From contig OZ024741.1 of assembly GCA_964016885.1 (NCBI GenBank), positions 252,898,001-252,962,000 on the forward strand: 64,000 bases of DNA, read 5' to 3'. The position numbers and the translations under genes are program-made. Numbering within the stretch: position 1 is the first letter of the stretch; each line of letters opens with the position of its first letter. The notes under the pieces were generated by a model. That model did no database searches. It worked only from the letters and a program-made list of their open reading frames with translations, and was not told the origin of the DNA. Shown here in pieces: positions 43,501 to 59,405 of this stretch. The DNA is from Eledone cirrhosa. Taxonomy: Eukaryota.

Positions 43501-46500
43501 GATTGTTAGTAGTTGTGTGGTGGTCATAGTAGTGGTGGCAATGGTTGGGATTGTTAGTAGTTGTGTGGTGGTCATAGTAGTGGTGGCAATGGTGGGGATT
43601 GTTAGTAGTTGTGTGGTGGTGATAGTAGTGGTGGCAATGGTGGGATTGTTAGTAGTTGTGTGGTGGTCATAGTAGTGGTGGCAATGGTGGGGATTGTTAG
43701 TAGTTGTGTGGTGGTCATAGTAGTGGTGGCAATGGTGGGGATTGTTAGTAGTTGTGTGGTGGTGATAGTAGTGGTGGCAATGGTGGGATTGTTAGTAGTT
43801 GTGTGGTACTCATAGTAGTGGTGGCAATGGTGGGGATTGTTAGTAGTTGTGTGGTGGTCATAGTAGTGGTGGCAATGGTGGGGATTGTTAGTAGTTGTGT
43901 GGTGGTCATAGTAGTGGTGGTAATGGTGGGTTTGTTAGTAGTTGTGTGGTACTCATAGTAGTGGTGGCAATGGTGGGGATTGTTAGTAGTTGTGTGGTGG
44001 TCATAGTAGTGGTGGCAATAGTGGGGATTGTTACTAGTTGTGTGGTGGTCATAGTAGTGGTGGCAATGGTGGGGATTGTTAGTAGTTGTGTGGTGGTCAT
44101 AGTAGTGGTGGCAATAGTGGGGATTGTTACTAGTTGTGTGGTGGTCATAGTAGTGGTGGCAATGGTGGGGATTGTTAGTAGTTGTGTGGTGGTTATAGTA
44201 GTGGTGGCAATGGTGGGGATTGTTAGTAGTTGTGTGGTTGTGATAGTAGTGGTGGCAATGGTGGGGATTGTTAGTAGTTGTGTGGTGGTTATAGTAGTGG
44301 TGGCAATGGTGGGGATTGTTAGTAGTTGTGTGGTGGTCATAGTAGTGGTGGCAATGGTGGGGATTGTTAGTAGTTGTGTGGTGGTTATAGTAGTGGTGGC
44401 AATGGTGGGGATTGTTAGTAGTTGTATGGTGGTCATAGTAGTGGTGGCAATGGTGGGGATTGTTAGTAGTTGTGTGGTGGTCATAGTAGTGGTGGCAATG
44501 GTGGGGATTGTTAGTAGTTGTGTGGTGGTTATAGTAGTGGTGGCAATGGTGGGGATTGTTAGTAGTTGTATGGTGGTCATAGTAGTGGTGGCAATGGTGG
44601 GGATTGTTAGTAGTTGTGTGGTGGTCATAGTAGTGGTGGCAATGGTGGGGATTGTTAGTAGTTGTATGGTGGTCATAGTAGTGGTGGCAATGGTGGGGAT
44701 TGTTAGTAGTTGTGTGGTGGTCATAGTAGTGGTGGCAATGGTGGGGATTGTTAGTAGTTGTGTGGTGGTTATAGTAGTGGTGGCAATGGTGGGGATTGTT
44801 AGTAGTTGTGTGGTACTCATAGTAGTGGTGGCAATGATGGCGACTGTTAGTAGTTGTGTGGTGGTCATAGTAGTGGTGGCAATGGTGGGGATTGTTAGTA
44901 GTTGTGTGGTGGTCATAGTAGTGGTGGCAATGGTGGGGATTGTTAGTAGTTGTGTGGTGGTTATAGTAGTGGTGGCAATGGTGGGGATTGTTAGTAGTTG
45001 TGTGGTGGTGATAGTAGTGGTGGCATTGGTGAGATTGTTACTAGTTGTGTGGTGGTCATAGTAGTGGTGGCAATGGTGGGGATTGTTAGTAGTTGTGTGG
45101 TGGTGATAGTAGTGGTGGCAATGGTGGGGATTGTTAGTAGTTGTGTGGTGGTCATAGTAGTGGTGGCAATGGTGGGGATTGTTAGTAGTTGTGTGGTGGT
45201 TATAGTAGTGGTGGCAATGGTGGCGATTGTTAGTAGTTGTGTGGTGGTGATAGTAGTGGTGGCATTGGTGAGATTGTTACTAGTTGTGTGGTGGTCATAG
45301 TAGTGGTGGCAATGGTGGGGATTGTTAGTAGTTGTGTGGTGGTGATAGTAGTGGTGGCAATGGTGGGGATTGTTAGTAGTTGTGTGGTGGTCATAGTAGT
45401 GGTGGCAATGGTGGGATTGTTAGTAGTTGTGTGGTGGTTATAGTAGTGGTGGCAATGGTGGGGTTTGTTAGTAGTTGTGTGGTGGTCATAGTAGTGGTGG
45501 CAATGGTGGGGATTGTTAGTAGTTGTGTGGTGGTCATAGTAGTGGTGGCAATGGTGGGGATTGTTAGTGGTTGTGTGGTGGTCATAGTAGTGGTGGCAAT
45601 GGTGGGGATTGTTAGTAGTTGTGTGGTGGTCGTAGTAGTGGTGGCAATGGTGGGATTGTTAGTAGTTGTGTGGTGGTCATAGTAGTGGTGGCAATGGTGG
45701 GGTTTGTTAGTAGTTGTGTGGTGGTCATAGTAGTGGTGGCAATGGTGGGGATTGTTAGTAGTTGTGTGGTGGTCATAGTAGTGGTGGCAATGGTGGGGAT
45801 TGTTAGTAGTTGTGTGGTGGTCATAGTAGTGGTGGCAATGGTGGGATTGTTAGTAGTTGTGTGGTGGTCATAGTAGTGGTGGCAATGGTGGGGATTGTTA
45901 GTAGTTGTGTGGTGGTCATAGTAGTGGTGGCAATGGTGGGGATTGTTAGTAGTTGTGTGGTGGTCATAGTAGTGGTGGCAATGGTGGGGATTGTTAGTAG
46001 TTGTGTGGTGGTCATAGTAGTGGTGGCAATGGTGGGGATTGTTAGTAGTTGTGTGGTGGTCATAGTAGTGGTGGCAATGGTGGGGATTGTTAGTAGTTGT
46101 GTGGTGGTCATAGGAGTGGTGGCAATGGTGGGGTTTGTTAGTAGTTGTGTGGTGGTCATAGTAGTGGTGGCAATGGTGGGGATTGTTAGTAGTTGTGTGG
46201 TGGTCATAGTAGTGGTGGCAATGGTGGGGATTGTTAGTAGTTGTGTGGTGGTCATAGTAGTGGTGGCAATGGTGGGGATTGTTAGTAGTTGTGTGGTGGT
46301 CATAGGAGTGGTGGCAATGGTGGGGTTTGTTAGTAGTTGTGTGGTGGTCATAGTAGTGGTGGCAATGGTGGGGATTGTTAGTAGTTGTGTGGTGGTCATA
46401 GTAGTGGTGGCAATGGTGGGATTGGTAGTAGTTGTGTGGTGGTCATAGTAGTGGTGGCAATGGTGGGGATTGTTAGTAGTTGTGTGGTGGTCATAATTAG

Positions 46501-49500
46501 TGGTGGCAATGGTGGGGATTGTTAGTAGTTGTGTGGTGGTCATAGTAGTGGTGGCAATGGTGGGGTTTGTTAGTAGTTGTGTGGTGGTCATAGTAGTGGT
46601 GGCAATGGTGGGGATTGTTAGTAGTTGTGTGGTGGTCATAGTAGTGGTGGCAATGGTGGGGATTGTTAGTAGTTGTGTGGTGGTCATAGTAGTGGTGGCA
46701 ATGGTGGGGATTGTTAGTAGTTGTGTGGTGGTCATAGTAGTGGTGGCAATGGTGGGGATTGTTAGTAGTTGTGTGGTGGTCATAGTAGTGGTGGCAATGG
46801 TGGGGATTGTTAGTAGTTGTGTGGTGGTGATAGTAGTGGTGGCAATGGTGGGATTGGTAGTAGTTGTGTGGTGGTCATAGTAGTGGTGGCAATGGTGGGG
46901 ATTGTTAGTAGTTGTGTGGTGGTCATAGTAGTGGTGGCAATGGTGGGGATTGTTAGTAGTTGTGTGGTGGTGATAGTAGTGGTGGCAATGGTGGGATTGT
47001 TAGTAGTTGTGTGGTGGTCATAGTAGTGGTGGCAATGGTGGGGATTGTTAGTAGTTGTGTGGTGGTCATAGTAGTGGTGGCAATGGTGGGGATTGTTAGT
47101 AGTTGTGTGGTGGTGATAGTAGTGGTGGCAATGGTGGGATTGTTAGTAGTTGTGTGGTACTCATAGTAGTGGTGGCAATGGTGGGGATTGTTAGTAGTTG
47201 TGTTGTGGTCATAGTAGTGGTGGCAATGGTGGGGATTGTTAGTAGTTGTGTGGTGGTCATAGTAGTGGTGGCAATGGTGGGGATTGTTAGTAGTTGTGTG
47301 GTGGTTATAGTAGTGGTGGCAATGGTGGGGATTGTTAGTAGTTGTGTGGTACTCATAGTAGTGGTGGCAATGGTGGGGATTGTTAGTAGTTGTGTGGTGG
47401 TCATAGGAGTGGTGGCAATGGTGGGGATTGTTAGTAGTTGTGTGGTGGTCATAGTAGTGGTGGCAATGGTGGGGATTGTTAGTAGTTGTGTGGTGGTGAT
47501 AGTAGTGGTGGCATTGGTGAGATTGTTAGTAGTTGCGTGGTGGTCATAGTAGTGGTGGCAATGGTGGGGAATGTTAGTAGTTGTGTGGTGGTCATAGTAG
47601 TGGTGGCAATGGTGGGGATTGTTAGTAGTTGTGTGGTGGTCATAGTAGTGGTGGCAATGGTGGGGATTGTTAGTAGTTGTGTGGTGGTGATAGTAGTGGT
47701 GGCAATGGTGGGATTGTTAGTAGTTGTGTGGTGGTCATAGTAGTGGTGGCAATGGTGGGGATTGTTAGTAGTTGTGTGGTGGTCATAGTAGTGGTGGCAA
47801 TGGTGGGGATTGTTAGTAGTTGTGTGGTGGTCATAGTAGTGGTGGTAATGGTGGGGTTTGTTAGTAGTTGTGTGGTGGTCATAGTAGTGGTGGCAATAGT
47901 GGGGATTGTTACTAGTTGTGTGGTGGTCATAGTAGTGGTGGCAATGGTGGGATTGTTAGTAGTTGTGTGGTGGTCATAGTAGTGGTGGCAATGGTGGGGA
48001 TTGTTAGTAGTTGTGTGGTGGTGATAGTAGTGGTGGCATTGGTGAGATTGTTAGTAGTTGCGTGGTGGTCATAGTAGTGGTGGCAATGGTGGGGATTGTT
48101 AGTAGTTGTATGGTGGTCATAGTAGTGGTGGCAATGGTGGGGATTGTTAGTAGTTGTGTGGTGGTCATAGTAGTGGTGGCAATGGTGGGGATTGTTAGTA
48201 GTTGTGTGGTGGTCATAGTAGTGGTGGCAATGGTGGGGATTGTTAGTAGTTGTGTGGTGGTGATAGTAGTGGTGGCAATGGTGGGATTGTTAGTAGTTGT
48301 GTGGTGGTCATAGTAGTGGTGGCAATGGTGGGGATTGTTAGTAGTTGTGTGGTGGTCATAGTAGTGGTGGCAATGGTGGGGATTGTTAGTAGTTGTGTGG
48401 TGGTCATAGTAGTGGTGGTAATGGTGGGGTTTGTTAGTAGTTGTGTGGTGGTCATAGTAGTGGTGGCAATGGTGGGGATTGTTAGTAGTTGTGTGGTGGT
48501 CATAATAGTGGTGGCAATGGTGGGGATTGTTAGTAGTTGTATGGTGGTCATAGTAGTGGTGGCAATGGTGGGGAATGTTAGTAGTTGTGTGGTGGTCATA
48601 GTAGTGGTGGCAATGGTGGGGATTGTTAGTAGTTGTGTGGTGGTCATAGTAGTGGTGGCAATGGTGGGGATTGTTAGTAGTTGTGTGGTGGTGATAGTAG
48701 TGGTGGCAATGGTGGGATTGTTAGTAGTTGTGTGGTGGTCATAGTAGTGGTGGCAATGGTGGGGATTGTTAGTAGTTGTGTGGTGGTCATAGTAGTGGTG
48801 GCAATGGTGGGGATTGTTAGTAGTTGTGTGGTGGTCATAGTAGTGGTGGTAATGGTGGGGTTTGTTAGTAGTTGTGTGGTGGTCATAGTAGTGGTGGCAA
48901 TAGTGGGGATTGTTACTAGTTGTGTGGTGGTCATAGTAGTGGTGGCAATGGTGGGGATTGTTAGTAGTTCTGTGGTGGTCATAGTAGTGGTGGCAATAGT
49001 GGGGATTGTTACTAGTTGTGTGGTGGTCATAGTAGTGGTGGCAATGGTGGGGATTGTTAGTAGTTGTGTGGTTGTCATAGTAGTGGTGGTAATGGTGGGG
49101 TTTGTTAGTAGTTGTGTGGTGGTCATAGTAGTGGTGGCAATGGTGGGGATTGTTAGTAGTTGTGTGGTGGTGATAGTAGTGGTGGCAATGGTGGGATTGT
49201 TAGTAGTTGTGTGGTACTCATAGTAGTGGTGGTAATGGTGGGGTTTGTTAGTAGTTGTGTGGTGGTCATAGTAGTGGTGGCAATGGTGGGGATTGTTAGT
49301 AGTTGTGTGGTGGTGATAGTTGTGGTGGCAATGGTGGGGATTGTTAGTAGTTGTGTGGTTGTCATAGTAGTGGTGGCAATGGTGGGGATTGTTAGTAGTT
49401 GTGTGTTACTCATAATAGTGGTGGCAATGGTGGGGATTGTTAGTAGTTGTGTTGTGGTCATAGGAGTGGTGGCAATGGTGGGGATTGTCAGTAATTGTGT

Positions 49501-50525
49501 GGTGGTCATAGTAGTGGTGGCAATGGTGGGGATTGTTAGTAGTTGTGTGGTGGTCATAGTAGTGGTGGCAATGGTGGGGATTGTTAGTAGTTGTGTGGTG
49601 GTCATAGTAGTGGTGGCAATGGTGGGATTGTTAGTAGTTGTGTGGTGGTCATAGTAGTGGTGGCAATGGTGGGGATTGTTAGTAGTTGTGTGGTGGTCAT
49701 AGTAGTGGTGGCAATGGTGGGGATTGTTAGTAGTTGTGTGGTGGTGATAGTAGTGGTCGCAATGGTGGGATTGTTAGTAGTTGTGTGGTACTCATAGTAG
49801 TGGTGGCAATGGTGGGGATTGTTAGTAGTTGTGTGGTGGTCATAGTAGTGGTGGCAATGGTGGGGATTGTTAGTAGTTGTGTGGTGGTCATAGTAGTGGT
49901 GGCAATGGTGGGATTGTTAGTAGTTGTGTGGTGGTTATAGTAGTGGTGGCAATGGTGGGGATTGTTAGTAGTTGTGTGGTGGTCATAGTAGTGGTGGTAA
50001 TGGTGGGTTTGTTAGTAGTTGTGTGGTACTCATAGTAGTGGTGGCAATGGTGGGGATTGTTAGTAGTTGTGTGGTGGTCATAGTAGTGGTGGTAATGGTG
50101 GGTTTGTTAGTAGTTGTGTGGTACTCATAGTAGTGGTGGCAATGGTGGGGATTGTTAGTAGTTGTGTGGTGGTCATAGTAGTGGTGGCAATAGTGGGGAT
50201 TGTTACTAGTTGTGTGGTGGTCATAGTAGTGGTGGCAATGGTGGGGATTGTTAGTAGTTGTGTGGTGGTTATAGTAGTGGTGGCAATAGTGGGATTGTTA
50301 GAAGTTGTGTGGTGGTCATAGTAGTGGTGGCAATGGTGGGGATTGTTAGTAGTTGTGTGGTTGTGATAGTAGTGGTGGCAATGGTGGGGATTGTTAGTAG
50401 TTGTGTTGTGGTCATAGTAGTGGTGGCAATGGTGGGGATTGTTAGTAGTTGTGTGGTGGTCATAGTAGTGGTGGCAATGGTGGGGATTGTTAGTAGTTGT
50501 GTGGTGGTCGTAGTAGTGGGGGCAA
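31567..50525 (+). repeat. ~19-kb satellite array, 48/47-bp unit, roughly 400 copies
   Basis: Consensus GTGGTGGTCATAGTAGTGGTGGCAATGGTGGGGATTGTTAGTAGTTGT; the 47-bp variant lacks one G. Confidence 0.98.
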
Positions 50526-50569
50526 TGGTTGTATTAATAGTATTAGGGAAAATGCTACTGACAGATTTC

Positions 50570-50598
50570 ATAGTAGCAGTAGTAGTAGCAGTAGTAGC

Positions 50599-50669
<71 letters not shown>

Positions 50670-50681
50670 AGTAGTAGCAGC

Positions 50682-50734
<53 letters not shown>

Positions 50735-50737
50735 AGT

Positions 50738-50794
<57 letters not shown>

Positions 50795-50819
50795 AAATAG
50801 TAGTAGTAGAGTTAGTGGC

Positions 50820-50878
<59 letters not shown>

Positions 50879-50962
50879 CAGCAGTAGTAGTAGTAGTAGT
50901 AGAAGTAGCAGTAGTAGTAGTAGTAGAAGAAATAGTAGCAGTAGTAGCAGTAGTAGTAGTAA
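50570..50962 (+). repeat. (AGT)n microsatellite
   Basis: Directly visible. Confidence 0.97.
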
Positions 50963-51624
50963 CTTCATTTAGTGGAAGACATTAATGAGTGGGGAGAGGG
51001 TGGATGGATATTTTAGGAGAGATGAAATGATTGAGATGAAGGAAGGACTATATTGGTGGAAGGGAGATTAGGGTCTGCAGGAGGGGGGGGGGGGTCATGA
51101 CAAGGGGTCACATCTGAGGAGACTGACAGTTCTTACAAAGGGAATAATAGCAATCCTTGCACACGCACACACAAACACTCATTTACGCATGCACATTCCC
51201 AATGGCACATACACTTACACACACACTAGTACAATGGACACAGACCATACATACTTGCACATATACACTTATATAATACTACAATGACACACACACACAC
51301 ACATTTACACATGCTCATACACAATAGTACAATTGTCACACACATATACATACACCTTCTTAATCACGCAATAATACAATAACACAAACACATATTTACA
51401 CATACAAACACACATGCTTACACATACAAACACACATACTTACACATACACACACACATACTTACGCATACATACACATACTTACACATTCATACACACA
51501 TACTGACACATACACACACACACACACACATACAAACACACACTAGCTCAATGGCTACCTATACAAGCACATTACATAACAGCACACATGCTCACAAACA
51601 CAAACATACAGATACACACACACA

Positions 51625-52250
51625 AACCAACAGTCACACACACACTCTCTCTCCCCCTCTTATACACACACCAACAGTCACACACACTCTCTCTCCCCCT
51701 CTTATACACACACACACACACCTACAGTCACACACACTCTCTCTCCCCCTCTTATACACACACACACCAACAGTCACACACACTCTCTCTCCCCCTCTTA
51801 TACACACACACACACACCCACAGTCACACACACTCTCTCTCCTCCTCTTATACACACACACACACACCTACAGTCACACACACACTCTCTCTCCCCCTCT
51901 TATACACACACACACCTACAGTCACACACACTCTCTTACACACACACACCAACAGTCACACACACTCTCTCTCCTCCTCTTATACACACACACACACACA
52001 CCTACAGTCACACACACTCTCTCTCTCTTACACACACACACCAACAGTCACACGCACTCTCTCTCCCCCTCTTATACACACACACACACACACACACCTA
52101 CAGTCACACACACCCTCTCTCCCCCTCTTATACACACACACACACACACACACACATAGACACACAGACACACACACACTCACACACATAGACATACACA
52201 CAGACACACACACACACACATAGACACACACACACAGACACACACACTGT
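51625..52250 (+). repeat. ~40-55-bp minisatellite built from CA/CT blocks
   Basis: Repeated CAGTCACACACACTCTCTCTCCCCCTCTTATACACACAC... Confidence 0.9.
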
Positions 52251-52295
52251 TCACTCACTTTCACACATACAGATCCTTCTGCAAACTCTCTCGCA

Positions 52296-52896
52296 CATTG
52301 TCATCATCATCATCATAACCACCATCATTATCATCAACAACATCCCCATCATCAATATCATCACTATCACCATCACCATCATAACCACCATCATCACCAT
52401 CATCACCATCACCATCACCACCACCATCACTATCACCATCACCATCATAACCACCATCATCACCACCACCGCCACCACCGCCACCACCACCACCACCATC
52501 ACCACCACCACCACCACCACCACCACCACCATCACCACCACCAACATCATCATCACCATCATTGTCAACATCATCACCATCATCACCATCATTGTCAACA
52601 TCATCATCATCATCACCATCATCATCGTCAACATCATCATCATCATCACCATCATCACCATCATTGTCAACATCATCATCATCATCACCATCATCACCAT
52701 CATTGTCAACGTCATCATCATCACCACCATCATCATCGTCAACATCATCATCATCATCATCATCGTCAACATCATCATCACCATCATCACCATCATTGTC
52801 AACATCATCATCATCATCAACAATAGCATCATCATCATTATAAGCTTACAAATGTTTCTATTGTAACATTCTGGTTTTGGCAAACCTGCAAAATCA

Positions 52897-52981
<85 letters not shown>

Positions 52982-53046
52982 TCTCTGTCTGTCTCTCTCT
53001 CTCTCTCTCTCTCCCCTCTCTTCACCCCCCCCCCTCTCTCTCTCTC
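52296..53046 (+). repeat. (CAT/CAC)n followed by (CT)n
   Basis: Directly visible. Confidence 0.95.
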
Positions 53047-53274
53047 CGACCCTCATCTGCCTCAGGGCTAACACTTCTGTTAATCTAGCTGTAGGCTATA
53101 TACCTCACATGTTGCAGAGGAATGACAGGTGTGACAACTAGCTTTCTAGCCTGGGGGAGTTCTATCTCACATCCACCCAACAACGCTGTCTTGATTGATC
53201 AGAGCTCAATACTAGCTTTAACGAACACCAATTGTGTCTTCGTTATCGTTACACACAAATACATGTAAAGACAA

Positions 53275-55065
<1,791 letters not shown>

Positions 55066-55089
55066 ATGTGTTGAACTAATAATAGCATT

Positions 55090-55922
55090 CTCTCTTTCAC
55101 TTTCTCCTTCTTTCTTTCTCTCTCTCACACCTCTCCCTTCCCCTCTCTCTCTCTCTCTCTCTCTCTCTCCTTCCCTTCCCCCCTCTCTCTCTCTCTCTCT
55201 CTCTCCTTCCCTTCCTTTCTGTCTCTCTCTCTCACCTTCCCTTTCTTCTCTCTCTTTCTTCTATTAATATAACAACTGTATGGTATTGGTAAAATATAGT
55301 AGCAAGAGGGGAAATACACCTAGAGTAGATTAGTGTCTTCTCCATGGGGAGATTATGTTTGTCACCCACACAACATGGCTGACATAGGGAGAGAATGAGA
55401 CAAATAGAGAAAGAGAGCAAGGGAGAAAATGGAGAGAGTGGAGATAGAAACAGGGAGAGAGAGAGAGACACACAACAGAGAGAAAGAGGAAGGAGAAAGA
55501 GAGACAATGTGGCACAACAGAGAGAGAGAGAGAGACATAACAGAGAGAGAGAGAGGGAGGGAGAGGGGAGAGAAAGAGAGGGAGAGAGACGGGGAGAGAA
55601 AGACGGGAGAGAGCCAATGTGACACAACAGACAGAGAGAAAGAGAGGGAGAGAGAGGAGGAGAGAAAGAGAGTGAGAGAGCCAATGTGACACAACAGAGA
55701 GAAAGAGAGGGAGAGAGAGGAGGAGAGAAAGAGAGGGAGAGAGAGAGACAATGGGGTACCACAGAGAGAGACAGAGAGAAAAAAGAGGGGGGTATAGAAA
55801 AACAAAAGAGAGAGTGGGTGTAGAAACAGGGAGAGAGTGAGAGAGAGAGAGTTAAAAAGATAGGAAACAAGGGAGAAAGGTGAAGAGAGGACAGTGAGAG
55901 ACAGAGAGATAGAGAAAGAGAA

Positions 55923-55976
<54 letters not shown>

Positions 55977-56018
55977 CAGATAAAGATAGTGATAGGAGAG
56001 ATAGTGATAGTAAGTGAT

Positions 56019-56055
<37 letters not shown>

Positions 56056-56660
56056 AAGACAAGAGAGAGGAAAGCAGAAAGTGAGAGAGACATAGAAAGA
56101 GAGACATTAAGAGTGAGGCTCAGAGATAGTCATAGGGAGAGAAAGTGAGAGGGATAAAGAGGGAAAGAGAGTCAGTGATAGATAGAAGGGGTGGAGAAGG
56201 AGAGAGAGAGAGGGAGAAAGAGAGAGAGTGTCAGTGAGAGGTAGAAGCGGCAGAGAAGGAGAGAGAGAAGGAGAGAGAGAAAGAGAGGGAGAAAGAGAGA
56301 GAGTGTCAGTGAGAGGTAGAAGCGGCAGAGAAGGAGAGAGAGAAGGAGAGAGAGAAAGAGAGGGAGAAAGAGAGAGAGAGTGTCAGTGAGAGAGAGAAGG
56401 AGAGAGAGGGTCAGTGAGAGATAGTAGGAGAGAGAGTCAGAGAGAGAGAGTCAGTGAGAGATAGTAGGAGAGAGAGTCAGAGAGAGGAGAGAGAGAGAGT
56501 CAGTGAGAGATAGTAGGAGAGAGAGTCAGAGAGAGAGTCAGAGAGAGGAGAGAGAGAGAGTCAGTGAGAGATAGTAGGAGAGAGAGTCAGCGAGAGGAGA
56601 GAGAGAGTCAGTGAGAGATAGAAGGGGCGGAGAGAGAGAGAGAGAGAGAGAGAGCAATAG
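55090..56660. repeat. (CT)n/(GA)n low-complexity region with short GA-rich minisatellites
   Basis: e.g. repeated GTCAGTGAGAGATAGTAGGAGAGAGA at 56410-56620. Confidence 0.9.
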
Positions 56661-57052
56661 AGAGATAGGGGGAGTTGTGTTGAATCTGCAATACCAATTG
56701 TCTTTTATCACTAACAACAAACCCCTAACTGTACTGACCCCTCCCCAGCCAATACCACTAACTAAAACTGTCCCTAATTATCTGAAAGCACGATTGGCAA
56801 AGTCCTCAGGCTATTTCTTGCTGACTCATTCATTTTCATTTACAGAAACGCCCTATTAGAATTAATCATTCTATCATATTGATTTTTTATTGTAATATGA
56901 ACTGATGAAGTAAAAGAGATAGAAATAGATAGTGAGAGAGAGAGGGGGAGGATAAACAGAGAGAGAGAGAGAGAGGGAGATAAAGAGAGAGGAGGGAGAT
57001 AAAGAGATATGGTATAGTCAATTAAATGTTTACAATATATTGCTGGTACTAA

Positions 57053-57425
57053 TGGCGGTGAGTGAATTGGAAATTATCAGTACAACATCAAACAAGATAT
57101 CTAACAGTACTGATTTAAGTCCCTTTGTGCATAGAGTTCAAATCCTGCCAAAGTCATTTATCCAGGGCCTTATTAATTCCTTTTGAGGCCCTTAGAAATA
57201 AAAATATTTTGTGCGTCCTCCACCTCCAGCCCCTACTGTAAATGTGGTTGGTGTTAAGAAGAGCATCCGGCTGTAAAAATCTCAGTCAATTTTACAAGTC
57301 TGTCTGAGCAATTTATGGTGTAGTCAATTTGGCCAGATTTGTCTCATGACGTGGACTACCTGGCTAACCCATGCTAGCATTGAAAATAGACAATAAATGG
57401 CGATGATGTTTATGATGATGATGAT
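57053..57425 (+). mobile_element. degenerate group A SINE head followed by an RTE-type tail
   Basis: GAGTTCAAATCCTGCC at ~57133; CTGTAAATGTGGTTGGTGTTAAGAAGAGCATCC..(GAT)n. Confidence 0.65.
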
Positions 57426-58726
57426 GCCCCTCTTTCCTTGGTGTGCTAAGCATATACATATTTTACTTAATGGTTAATCCAGCTCTGCACCCTTCTTTTA
57501 TGCTCTTCCTTGGTTGATTAAATAACTCTGAAATAATCTGAGGTCTTGTGTTAATGCTAGAACAGCATTGTATGACTGGTACTTGTCTTTCACATTAGTG
57601 GCAACCACAAACAATGAAAATAAAAACCATTTAAAATGTTATGCATTATACTAAATATAGCACACACCCCTCCAATCAAATCCTATGTATTGGAAAAAGA
57701 AGGAAACATTGGATAATGAGAAGTGGGATGGGCATGGCTGGAATGTTATTGATCATAAGTCAACAGCAATAATTTACATGCACATCTTTATACACACAAA
57801 CATACATAAGGACCTTCCAAGAGAAACTGTATGAGGTCAAACAAAACTGCTTTTAAGCCCTGTTGAGGAGCTCCTCTCAAAATTCAAGGGTAGTGAGAAA
57901 GTTTTTTCAGGAGGAGGCTGGATATTTCCAGCTCTTCTTTGGTTCTCTGGGTCCCAGACTGATGCATAAACTTATAGACCCTTCATATGAATAGTAGGGC
58001 GATACATCTGGACACACACAGACACACACACATGTACACACATATGAGGACACACATACACTCACAAGCACACACACATAGACACACATATTAAATACTG
58101 TGCTAAAATGCATGCAATAATAAAGCTAAAAATAATATAAAAATCAAATTAAAAATAACAAATAAAATGAAAATAAAAATTAAAGTATTCTTTTAGAGAC
58201 AATCTACACACACACACACACATGTATATATAAAAGATGGTGTAGACATTACAATACAACGGGAGGAAACATAATAGTACCACTGATGGTGTCACAGATG
58301 TGTGATGAAAGAACTTTCATAGAATATGTATACAGATATAAATATACATATTCTATTTCATAGAATATGTATATTTATATCTGTATTTTAAACCGTTGGT
58401 CAATCAATGATAAACATTGATTGCCAGATTAATTTCTCTATGGAAATATAAGAGATACTGAAGCGAAAACCAATCCAAACCAAACAGGGAGTGTTTTGTT
58501 ATTATTTCTGGCAATATTATAACAATATGACCCTCCCCAAATATAACAATATATATATATATATATATATGAATACCCCCTCCGCCTCCGTGGTATTTTC
58601 TTCGTGGTTATAAGAGGCTTAGCTCTGTTTCTCGACCGTTATATCGCGTGACTATCTCCCCCTCCGCCTTTTGGGATTCTTTCTCACGTCGTGTAGACGC
58701 GTTCTTGAGACTAGTAAAATGAGGTA

Positions 58727-58814
58727 TCCTCTTGATAAGTCGGCAGACCTCGCAAGGACTCTATATCTTTGATATATTGTTTTTGTTTATGCCACGAAAC
58801 TACGTAGTCGAGGA
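58727..58814 (+). ncRNA. type I hammerhead ribozyme, U3-A8 variant (copy 1)
   Basis: TCCTC-TTGATAA-GTcGGCA...TGCCAC-GAAA-CTACGTAG-TC-GAGGA; perfect palindrome ACTACGTAGT as stem III; predicted cut after C58809. Confidence 0.8.
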
Positions 58815-59317
58815 ATTTAGGAACAGTTTAGGTATGATACATTTTATTACTAATTATATCTAAATGTTTCTTCTCTCTTCATAATGTATTTTTAACTCTG
58901 ATACTGGTTCAGTCTGGTTCAAACTGAATTGGTCTGTCCCAGTCATTCATTGAGCAACATCGGTGAAGTTGGCACCCTTAACTCACAGTTGGGTGCGGAT
59001 GCATTCATGTATATATGTGTGTGTCCGCATGTATCTGTGTGTTTCTAAATATATTAATAACTCCCTCTGGTCGAGCAATCTTTGAAGTGTGGGGACAACT
59101 GGAAAGCTTCCATTACTCATACTTCTCGCCTTCTTCACTACCTCTACTACGGCCTCGATATGAATACCCCCTCCGCCTCCGTGGTATTTTCTTCGTGGTT
59201 ATAAGAGGCTTAGCTCTGTTTCTCGACCGTTATATCGCGTGACTATCTCCCCCTCCGCCTTTTGGGATTCTTTCTCACGTCGTGTAGACGCGTTCTTGAG
59301 ACTAGTAAAATGAGGTA

Positions 59318-59405
59318 TCCTCTTGATAAGTCGGCAGACCTCGCAAGGACTCTATATCTTTGATATATTGTTTTTGTTTATGCCACGAAACTACGTAGTC
59401 GAGGA
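59318..59405 (+). ncRNA. type I hammerhead ribozyme, U3-A8 variant (copy 2)
   Basis: Same sequence as copy 1; predicted cut after C59400. Confidence 0.8.

Noticed and set aside
31469-50674. Mucin-like (TTTQLLTIPTIATTTM)n and Val-rich ORFs
   Set aside because: Translation of the satellite; frequent 47-bp units break the frame and I found no flanking exon or signal sequence.
56902-56930. CTGATGA...GAAA (also CTGATGA at ~11428)
   Set aside because: No pairing stems; chance match.
58283-58325. CTGATGG-tGTCACA..TGTGAT-GAAA motif
   Set aside because: A9 is mutated and there is no stem I; cannot be supported as a ribozyme.
59015-59242. 75-aa ORF across the junction of the 591-bp tandem
   Set aside because: No recognisable motif and it starts in a (TG)-rich stretch; not supportable as coding.
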